64,000 nt of DNA from an uncultured virus (IMG/VR IMGVR_UViG_3300028393_000024) (taxonomy: Duplodnaviria; Heunggongvirae; Uroviricota; Caudoviricetes). A program made the translations under genes and the position numbers. This document shows, in pieces, positions 56,435 to 64,000 of the stretch. The stretch lies in IMG/VR virus record IMGVR_UViG_3300028393_000024; one strand, written 5' to 3'. The notes beneath the pieces were generated by a model that saw nothing but the letters and a program-made list of their open reading frames with translations, was not told the DNA's origin and searched no databases. Within the stretch, counting starts at the first letter, position 1. The number at the start of each line of letters is the position of its first letter.

Positions 56435-59224
56435 ATGGCATCAATAATTAGAATAAAGCGTTCACCAAGTGCTGGTAATCCAACAACACTGGGTGCTGGT
56501 GAATTAGCGTATTCTGCGCTGACAGGCACCCAATCGAATGGTGGTGATCGTTTATATATTGGTTTCGGTACGGAGACCTCAGGTGATGCAGCTAACCACT
56601 ATATTATCGGTGGTAAATATTTCACTGACATGTTGGATCATGTCACTGGTACACTGACAGCAAGTTCTGCTATTCTTGTAGATTCAAATAGTAAAATTGA
56701 TGTTCTTAAAACAACGAATTTACAAATTGGTGGTTCAGGTGTAACGAACTATATTCAATCTACTGATACCAATGGTAATATTGTTTTAGATCCAAATGGC
56801 ACTGGTTATGTTTCAATTATTGGAACTAATGCTTTAGTAATTCCATCGGGAACAACTGCTCAACAAGCACCTTCAGTTACTGGTGCTATTCGTTTCAATA
56901 GTGATAACACTGCCTTTGAGGGTTATAATGGCAGTGCTTGGACATCTCTTGGTGGCGTTCGTTCTGTTGATGGTTTAACATATATTCGTGCTGAATCTTC
57001 TTCTGGTGCATCTAATGACGAATTAGAATTCTTTGCTGCAGCAGCAGATAATACAACTTCCACAAAGTACCTTGGTTTAAACAGAACTCGTTTAGCAGTT
57101 CTTCCAACAACTACTTCAACAAGCACTTCTACTGGTGCTTTAGTTGTTAGTGGTGGCGCAGGTATCGCAGAAAACTTATGGGTCGGTGGTACTACTAACC
57201 TTGCTGGTGCATTAACTTATGGTGGTGTCACTTTAAGTAATGCTGTCACTGGTACAGGTAATATGGTATTAAGTGCTTCTCCAACATTCACTGGTACTAT
57301 TGTTGCTCCTAACGCAAATAGTATTTCTGTTGGAACTCCTGCTCTGGGTACGCTAACTGGCGCTGCGACATTTACTACATCAACTAGCGTAACTGACGGA
57401 ATCGCAATCTTGAACCAAGTACTAAGCAAACTCGTTCCTGCTCAACCAAACAGTTTCCCTAATGCAGTTTCTCTAACAGTAAGTGGTACGGCTTCTTATC
57501 GTATTGCTGTTGTTCAAGCATCTCAAACACTTAATAGTAACACTGGTCTTCAGGTTGCCGCTGGTTCTACTGTCTCAACGCTAAGAGCAGCGACTTTCTC
57601 AACTAATACTTTCTCAACGATGGGTCCAGGCGACTCTGGTACAGTTAGTGTTTATAGAAATACTTCACTGGCAACTAGCCATGTGATGACTGTTGGTAAT
57701 ACGACAGCCACTGTTGTTACTGCAACTGTTACTGCTACTACTAATACTAGCGCAACAGTTACTATTTCTGCTGTTACTGGTGTTGTTCAGGCTGGTCATA
57801 AATTCTTGGCATCTGGTACTGGTTTTGGTGGTTTAACTTCTGGTTCTTACTACTATGTTCAGTCAATTGCTGGAACTCAAGCAGTGTTAAAATTATACGA
57901 TAACACAACTGGTGTTATTGGAGCAAACTTTGCTGCAACATCTACTGCCACTGGCACTGTAACATTCACTGCTTCTAGTGATGCGGGTACTTATACTGCA
58001 AACAATACTTCTTTAGTAATTGCCAACAATATTGCTTACCCAACTGGCACTCCAGGATTCTGGGAAACAGTTGATATTTCAGCAAGCGGAACTTCTGTTC
58101 CAGCTGGTTGGAACACTGTTCAAATTCAACATAGTGGCGCAAGTAATACTGGTACCACTGCTTGGTACTATGACTCAAGTGCTCCAGGAACTCCTGTTGT
58201 TACTCCAACTGCTATTACTGCGCCAGTATCTCCTACTTACAAATATAGTAGTACTATTCCTCACTATGATGGAAGTGCTGCCAACGCATTTACACTATCA
58301 GCAACTGCTACTCGTTTGAGTGGTGACTGCTATCCAACTTCTGACACTTTCGCGACTGGTACTGCTGGTGGCGCATTTGCTGCTCCTGCTTCAGTAACAT
58401 ACTCTGGCGCAAGTGTAACAACTCCTCTGGCAGCTAACTTATATGTTGCTTCTGGTAGCGCAACTATTCCTACTACTTCACAGATTATTACTGGTTTCGG
58501 TTCTAGTGCAACTGGTCCAACACTAACTGTGGCAAACAGTTATGCCAACGGATCTTCAGCGTTTACTACACTACTCGCAGCCACTGTTCTTTATAAGTCA
58601 ACTACAACTGGTTCTACCACTGTTCTTGACGAAGGTAGTATCTTCTTTAACAGTGCTGTTGGTGGTTCAACAACTGCTGGTTATCGTGTTCCAAATCCAG
58701 GATCTGCTGATACTCCTGCTTTCACTGCTGGTCAGACTGCATTTAATAGCCAGTCTGGAACTTTACAAACCTACGATGCTAAAGTCGTAGCGAACATACT
58801 TAAATATGATGTAACAAATTACTCCACTGGATATTTACCAGCTGGTCCTAATTTCTCGTCTCATGGTGCTAGTCAGTATTTCACTTTTGTGTTTATTAGA
58901 ACTGGCGTATCCAAATTTAATATTACATATACCACTTCGACTGGAATTGCTGGTATGTGGGTTGCGATGCCAGGAACTGGCGGAACAAGCGGAACAACTT
59001 CTACACTGAATAAGTGGCTGAACCTTGCTATCGATAACTCGTTGGCGGATGGTGCTGCTCTCGGTGGAAACTTAGCCATTGCTACTACTGGCACTGTTTC
59101 TCAGAATGCTTCTTTCGGCACTTTAAGTTCTACTAATTCAACTAATAATGAAATTTGGGTCAGAATCAAGTTAACAAGTGCACAATCAATCAGTGCCTTA
59201 TATCTTGGTGCCTCTACAGTCTAA
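56435..59224 (+). CDS. Long Thr/Ser/Gly-rich tail fibre / virion protein
   Basis: N-terminal IIRIKRS...LGAGELAY...RLYIG anchor, GAIRFNS..FEGYNG and STSTGALVVSGGAGIA fibre modules. Confidence 0.7.
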   Translation: MASIIRIKRSPSAGNPTTLGAGELAYSALTGTQSNGGDRLYIGFGTETSGDAANHYIIGGKYFTDMLDHVTGTLTASSAILVDSNSKIDVLKTTNLQIGGSGVTNYIQSTDTNGNIVLDPNGTGYVSIIGTNALVIPSGTTAQQAPSVTGAIRFNSDNTAFEGYNGSAWTSLGGVRSVDGLTYIRAESSSGASNDELEFFAAAADNTTSTKYLGLNRTRLAVLPTTTSTSTSTGALVVSGGAGIAENLWVGGTTNLAGALTYGGVTLSNAVTGTGNMVLSASPTFTGTIVAPNANSISVGTPALGTLTGAATFTTSTSVTDGIAILNQVLSKLVPAQPNSFPNAVSLTVSGTASYRIAVVQASQTLNSNTGLQVAAGSTVSTLRAATFSTNTFSTMGPGDSGTVSVYRNTSLATSHVMTVGNTTATVVTATVTATTNTSATVTISAVTGVVQAGHKFLASGTGFGGLTSGSYYYVQSIAGTQAVLKLYDNTTGVIGANFAATSTATGTVTFTASSDAGTYTANNTSLVIANNIAYPTGTPGFWETVDISASGTSVPAGWNTVQIQHSGASNTGTTAWYYDSSAPGTPVVTPTAITAPVSPTYKYSSTIPHYDGSAANAFTLSATATRLSGDCYPTSDTFATGTAGGAFAAPASVTYSGASVTTPLAANLYVASGSATIPTTSQIITGFGSSATGPTLTVANSYANGSSAFTTLLAATVLYKSTTTGSTTVLDEGSIFFNSAVGGSTTAGYRVPNPGSADTPAFTAGQTAFNSQSGTLQTYDAKVVANILKYDVTNYSTGYLPAGPNFSSHGASQYFTFVFIRTGVSKFNITYTTSTGIAGMWVAMPGTGGTSGTTSTLNKWLNLAIDNSLADGAALGGNLAIATTGTVSQNASFGTLSSTNSTNNEIWVRIKLTSAQSISALYLGASTV

Positions 59225-59248
59225 TTAAAATAATAATAGGAATAACAA

Positions 59249-62200
59249 ATGGCAATTTCAGACTCAATCAAAACAGACTTACTTTATAAGAAGCTGTTTG
59301 GTGTTACCAAGACTGACACGGCAGCAAATAAAAGTCCATCAAACGAAGCTACTGCAAGCCCATTCTTAAATCGTGGTGATAAAACTTGGACTCAGGCAAG
59401 TTTAATTCCAACTACTGCAGCTGCTGTTACTGGTGTTGTTCAAGCATATACAACTACTTCTAAAATAGAAACTACTGGAGATGCCACTACAACTAAAATT
59501 GGTGGAACTGCATATCCTACTTGGAACACTGGTTTAACTGATTGGATTCCACCCGAATTTGATACAGCCAACGTATCTAACACTTATCGTGTTCAAGTTT
59601 ACTATGGTTTAACAGGTGTTTCTAATCCTGCTTCTACTGGTGGTACTCAGATTTTTGCTGACGGATCTGGTGGTACTGGCGAATGGTATTTTGATTATCA
59701 GTCTGGTGTTCTAAACTTTATCGGTGGTACTCTACCGAGTGGTATGACATCATCAAGTGTAATCTATATCTACGGATATCGTTACATTGGTACCAAAGGT
59801 TTTGCTGGCTCCACTGTTCCAGTTAACGCACTTAGAACTGCTTATACAACTACTGCCACTGCAGCTGGTACAACTACTCTAACTGCAACAAGCACTCAGA
59901 ATCAATTCTTCACTGGTACAACAACTCAAACTGTTGTTCTTCCTGTTGCCAGCACTCTGGTTCTTGGTGATCGATACTATATTCAAAATAACAGTACTGG
60001 TATCGTAACTGTTCAATCATCTGGGGCAAATACTGTTCTGGCAATTGCCGCTGGAACATCGGCAGAATTTACTTGTATTCTTGCTTCTGGTACTACCGCT
60101 GCATCATGGGATGCAGATTATGTTGGCTTCGCTGCAATCAGCGGTACTGGTGCTGTTATTCTAGCCACTGGTGCAACACTTAACCAACCATCGTTTGCTG
60201 GTCCAAGTTTTTCTTCTATCTCAAACAGTGGTGTACTAACACTACCAAATGGTAGTAATGATACTTTAGTTGCTAGAAATACAACTGATACTCTTACTAA
60301 TAAAACACTTACTAGCCCAGTATTAACAACTCCAACATTGGGTGTTGCTTCTGCCACTAGTATTAACAAGGTAGCAATTACTGCTCCAGCAACAGGTTCT
60401 ACTTTAACCATTGCTGATGGTAAAACACTTACTGCTTCTAATACATTAACCTTCACTGGCACTGATTCTTCTTCAGTAGCATTCGGTGCTGGTGGTACTG
60501 TTCTTTATTCTGGTGGTGCTCTTGGAACACCATCTTCAGCTACCTTAACTAACGCTACTGGTCTTCCAGTTGCAACTGGTATCTCTGGTCTTGGAACTGG
60601 TGTTGCCACTGCTCTTGCTGTAAATATTGGTTCTGCTGGTGCTTTTGTTACATTCAATGGCGCATTAGGAACTCCTTCTTCTGGAACACTTACTAATGCC
60701 ACTGGTCTTCCAGTTGCAACTGGTATCTCTGGTCTTGGCACTGGTATTGCTACATTCTTGGCAACTCCAAACTCAGCAAACTTTGCTGCTGCTTTGACTG
60801 ATGAAACTGGTTCTAGTACTATTGTATTTTCGAACAGTCCAACTCTTGTAACACCTACTCTTGGTGCTGCAACAATAACCAGCATCACTGGTTCTACTGG
60901 TAACTTTGTTGTCACTGCTGCAGCTGGTAATAATAGTATTTCTCTTACTCCAACAGGCACTGGTACTGTTGATGTTAATAGTAAGAGAATTACTTCTGTT
61001 GCTGATCCTACTCAAGCACAAGACGCTGCAACTAAAGCATATGTTGACTCTGTAAAAACTGGTTTAGATCCTAAAGATTCAGTTCGTGCTGCAACTACTG
61101 CTGCATTAACTGTTACATATTCTAATGGCACTTCTGGTGTTGGAGCCACTCTTACCAATGCTGGCGCACAAGCTGCAATTACTCTTGATGGTATTACTCT
61201 TGTTTCTGGAGATCGTGTCCTTGTTAAAGATCAAGCCACTGCTTTACAGAATGGTATTTACTCTGTAACTACTGTTGGTAGCGTTTCTACTAACTGGGTA
61301 TTGACTCGTACAGTTGATGCTGACCAAGCATCCGAAGTTACTACTGGCGCATTTACTTTTGTTGAAGAAGGTACTGCTAACGGTAGCAATGGTTTTGTGT
61401 GTACAACTATTATGCCGATTACTATCGGCACTACTTCAATCAGCTGGGTTCAGTTCTCTGGTGCTGGACAAGTTATTGCTGGTGCTGGTTTAACTAAAAC
61501 TGGTAATACACTTGACGTAGTTGGTACCACTAATAGAATTTTAGTTAATGCTGACTCTATCGACATTTCTGCAAGTTATGTTGGTCAGTCTTCAATTACT
61601 ACTCTTGGTACTATCGGTACTGGTACTTGGAATGGTTCATTAATTGGTGCTACTTATGGTGGTACTGGTGTAAACAACGGATCGAATACTATCACTCTTG
61701 GTGGTAATATTTCTACTTCTGGCGCAGTTACTCACGCTGGTTCGTTTACTCAAACATTTACTGCTACTGGTAATACTTCTGTTACTCTGCCAACTACTGG
61801 TACTCTAGCAACACTTGCTGGTTCTGAAGCATTAACAAATAAAACAGTTAATGGTTTAACAATTTCATCTACAACTGGTACTTTAACTCTTGTAAACGGA
61901 TCTACATTAGCAACTGCTGGTGCTTACAGTACAACTCTTACTGCTACTGGTGCTACTAACGTAACATTACCAACTACTGGCACTCTTGCTACTTTAGCTG
62001 GAACAGAAACTCTTACTAACAAAACAATTAACTTAGCGAACAATACGCTAACTGCAACTTCTGCTCAACTGGCTACTGCTATTTCTGACGAAACTGGTAC
62101 TGGTGTTTTAGTATTCGGTACTGCTCCAACGATTTCTTTACCAGTTATCGATAACATTAAGATGGGTTACAGTACAACTGTAACTGCAGCTGGTACTACT

Positions 62201-62962
62201 ACTCTAACTGCTTCAAGTAACTATCGTCAATTCTTTACTGGTACAACTACTCAAACTATTCAGCTACCAGTAACCAGCACTTTAGTTGTTGGTATGGCTT
62301 ATGAGATTGAGAATAATTCAACAGGATTATTAACAGTTAACTCTTCAGGTGGTAATGCAGTAGGAACAATTCCTGCAGGTGTTAGTGCCCATGTGATTTG
62401 TATTGGAACAACACTAACTACTGCTGCAGATTGGGACTGGGATTATATCTCTTTCAATGCAATCACTGGTACTGGTTCTGCTGTTCTTGCCACTAGCCCA
62501 ACTCTTGTTACACCAGTATTAGGTGTTGCAACTGCCACTAGTATTAATGGTTTAACAGTAACAACTACAACTGGCATTTTAACTCTTGCAAATAGTTCTA
62601 CTTTAGCAACTTCTGGTGCTAATAGTATTACATTAACTTCTACTGGTTCAACCAACGTAACATTACCAACTACTGGCACTCTTGCTACTTTAGCTGGTTC
62701 TGAAACATTCACTAACAAGACTTTAACAACACCAACTATTAATGGTGCATCACTATCAGGAACATTCTCTGGTGCTCACACTATGTCTGGTGTTGCAACA
62801 TTCTCCAATACGACTGATGCAACTAGCACTTCTGCTGCTGCTGTTATTTTGTCTGGTGGTTTTGCTGTTGCAAAAACAATCTATGTTGGACTAAATATCA
62901 CAGGTGCTGGTGCAGCAACTTCAACTTTGGATGGATTCCAGATTGATGGTGGTACTTACTAA
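59249..62962 (+). CDS. Long repetitive tail fibre / virion protein
   Basis: TLTNKTLTSP repeats, DAATKAYVD..KTGLDPKDSVRAAT and GDRVLVKDQ...NGIY; ends IDGGTY. Confidence 0.75.
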   Translation: MAISDSIKTDLLYKKLFGVTKTDTAANKSPSNEATASPFLNRGDKTWTQASLIPTTAAAVTGVVQAYTTTSKIETTGDATTTKIGGTAYPTWNTGLTDWIPPEFDTANVSNTYRVQVYYGLTGVSNPASTGGTQIFADGSGGTGEWYFDYQSGVLNFIGGTLPSGMTSSSVIYIYGYRYIGTKGFAGSTVPVNALRTAYTTTATAAGTTTLTATSTQNQFFTGTTTQTVVLPVASTLVLGDRYYIQNNSTGIVTVQSSGANTVLAIAAGTSAEFTCILASGTTAASWDADYVGFAAISGTGAVILATGATLNQPSFAGPSFSSISNSGVLTLPNGSNDTLVARNTTDTLTNKTLTSPVLTTPTLGVASATSINKVAITAPATGSTLTIADGKTLTASNTLTFTGTDSSSVAFGAGGTVLYSGGALGTPSSATLTNATGLPVATGISGLGTGVATALAVNIGSAGAFVTFNGALGTPSSGTLTNATGLPVATGISGLGTGIATFLATPNSANFAAALTDETGSSTIVFSNSPTLVTPTLGAATITSITGSTGNFVVTAAAGNNSISLTPTGTGTVDVNSKRITSVADPTQAQDAATKAYVDSVKTGLDPKDSVRAATTAALTVTYSNGTSGVGATLTNAGAQAAITLDGITLVSGDRVLVKDQATALQNGIYSVTTVGSVSTNWVLTRTVDADQASEVTTGAFTFVEEGTANGSNGFVCTTIMPITIGTTSISWVQFSGAGQVIAGAGLTKTGNTLDVVGTTNRILVNADSIDISASYVGQSSITTLGTIGTGTWNGSLIGATYGGTGVNNGSNTITLGGNISTSGAVTHAGSFTQTFTATGNTSVTLPTTGTLATLAGSEALTNKTVNGLTISSTTGTLTLVNGSTLATAGAYSTTLTATGATNVTLPTTGTLATLAGTETLTNKTINLANNTLTATSAQLATAISDETGTGVLVFGTAPTISLPVIDNIKMGYSTTVTAAGTTTLTASSNYRQFFTGTTTQTIQLPVTSTLVVGMAYEIENNSTGLLTVNSSGGNAVGTIPAGVSAHVICIGTTLTTAADWDWDYISFNAITGTGSAVLATSPTLVTPVLGVATATSINGLTVTTTTGILTLANSSTLATSGANSITLTSTGSTNVTLPTTGTLATLAGSETFTNKTLTTPTINGASLSGTFSGAHTMSGVATFSNTTDATSTSAAAVILSGGFAVAKTIYVGLNITGAGAATSTLDGFQIDGGTY
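60557..60738 (+). repeat. Identical 38-bp direct repeat (144-nt period) within the fibre gene
   Basis: ACTGGTCTTCCAGTTGCAACTGGTATCTCTGGTCTTGG at 60557 and 60701. Confidence 0.85.
61958..62697 (+). repeat. Identical 44-bp direct repeat within the fibre gene
   Basis: AACGTAACATTACCAACTACTGGCACTCTTGCTACTTTAGCTGG at 61958 and 62654. Confidence 0.85.
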
Positions 62963-62968
62963 AATGAA

Positions 62969-62975
62969 CTAAATA
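62969..62975 (+). promoter_or_regulatory. Putative late promoter CTAAATA
   Basis: Intergenic; followed by the hairpin GCTGGGAT-TCTT-ATCTCAGC (62984-63003) and an AGGA SD. Confidence 0.55.
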
Positions 62976-63025
62976 CATGAGTCGCTGGGATTCTTATCTC
63001 AGCTTTAACCTTTTTAGGAATATGA

Positions 63026-63457
63026 ATGAGTAATCAAGTTCTACTCAAGAAATCATCAGTTGGCGCAAGAGTCCCTCAGACAACTGACTTGGCATATGGC
63101 GAAGTCGCATTAAATTATGCTGATGGATTACTGTATTTCAAAGATTCCTCGAACGTCATTCGGTCTTTTGCTTCCTTAAATGCGACAGCAACTGAAACAA
63201 ATAAAACATTAACATCACCTACTATTAATAGTGGTGCATTGTCTGGCACTTTTACAGGTGCTCCAACTCTTTCTGATACAACAGCTTCTACATCTAGCAC
63301 TACTGGTTCATTAAAACTTGGTGGTGGATTGGGTGTTGTTGGTAACATTTATGTTGGCTCAGCAAGCAAAGTAGGTTTCGTAAACGCAAGTAACGTAAGC
63401 GCAGTATATCAAGTATATAATTCTACTACAAATAGTTTAGATACAATTTTTGGATAA
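63026..63457 (+). CDS. Short fibre-anchor protein
   Basis: LKKSSV..RVP..DLAYGEVALNYADGLLYFKD anchor and STTTGSLKLGGGLGV module. Confidence 0.7.
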   Translation: MSNQVLLKKSSVGARVPQTTDLAYGEVALNYADGLLYFKDSSNVIRSFASLNATATETNKTLTSPTINSGALSGTFTGAPTLSDTTASTSSTTGSLKLGGGLGVVGNIYVGSASKVGFVNASNVSAVYQVYNSTTNSLDTIFG

Positions 63458-63463
63458 CAAATT

Positions 63464-64000
63464 ATGGCACCAGCAGCAGGCGTAACCCTTACTTCAGTTC
63501 CTACCAGTATCACAAAAGGCTCTACAGGAACATTTAATACCAGCTCAACTGGTTCATTAGCAAATGGTACCCTGTACTGGGTCATCAACAATGGCACCAC
63601 CACCAACAGCAATTTCTCTGCGGTCACTGGATCATACACAGCCACAGGCGGCACTGGTTCATTCTCAATTGTCACCGTAACAGATGGCATTTCACAAGCT
63701 GATTTGACTTTTACTGTTAGTATATGGACTGGAGCAGGCGGTACTGGGCTACTTAAAACCACCAGTAGTACAGTAAATTTGGCCAGCCCCTCAAGATATT
63801 GGGTAGGAGGCACAGGTGACTGGGATGGAGTTTCCACTGCAAATTGGTCAACCACATCTGGTGGTTCTTCTGGTGCGTCTGTTCCGACGACGGGCGACAA
63901 GGTGTTTTTTGATGCCAACTCTGGTGGTGGTACGGTCACAATCACCTACAACTATACAGGTGTCACCCCACAGTGTGCCAACTTAACCTGCACAGGTTTT
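63464..64000 (+). CDS. Large adhesin-like virion protein (3' truncated by window)
   Basis: Open frame from ATG 63464 to the window end: MAPAAGVTLTSVP...RYWVGGTGDWD...ANWSTTSGGSSGASVPTTGDKVFFDANSG. Confidence 0.7.
   Translation, partial: MAPAAGVTLTSVPTSITKGSTGTFNTSSTGSLANGTLYWVINNGTTTNSNFSAVTGSYTATGGTGSFSIVTVTDGISQADLTFTVSIWTGAGGTGLLKTTSSTVNLASPSRYWVGGTGDWDGVSTANWSTTSGGSSGASVPTTGDKVFFDANSGGGTVTITYNYTGVTPQCANLTCTGF

Noticed and set aside
1..64000. Stop-codon reassignment, tRNA genes, introns or inteins
   Set aside because: Genes are intact and densely packed under the standard code. I recognised no cloverleaf, homing endonuclease or intein motif by eye; tRNAscan or Infernal would be decisive.

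Overview
This window is part of an AT-rich, large T4-like myovirus genome using the standard genetic code. All product calls come from motif recognition and gene order; no database search was run. Layout: (i) end of the replication module, with the gp59 C-terminus, a small ORF and gp32 followed by a bidirectional cUUCGg terminator; (ii) a minus-strand block, gp4-gp2-gp54-like-3TM holin-gp16-gp26-gp51-gp29-like, in which gp26 and gp51 look joined by a -1 frameshift; (iii) the plus-strand baseplate operon, gp48, gp53, gp27-like, gp5 (GH19 plus CHAP-like domains), PAAR, gp25, gp6, gp7, gp8 and a VrlC/DUF4815-like protein; (iv) an 8.4 kb nine-gene enzyme cluster (29.6-38.0 kb) between two fibre genes, with two radical SAM/SPASM enzymes, a B12-type radical SAM enzyme, two HxH...H cupin oxygenases, three unknown proteins and a 172-aa protein ending in CHSN-CHSN-CHGS; (v) a ~16.5 kb array of paired adhesin and small partner genes, seven of which end in the same (G/T)CGGAGTTATAA junction; (vi) long Thr/Gly-rich fibre genes running off the window end. 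The enzyme cluster is the best candidate for an undescribed system: a phage-encoded RiPP-like or virion-protein modification pathway. No tRNA, rRNA, CRISPR array, integrase or reverse transcriptase was recognised.
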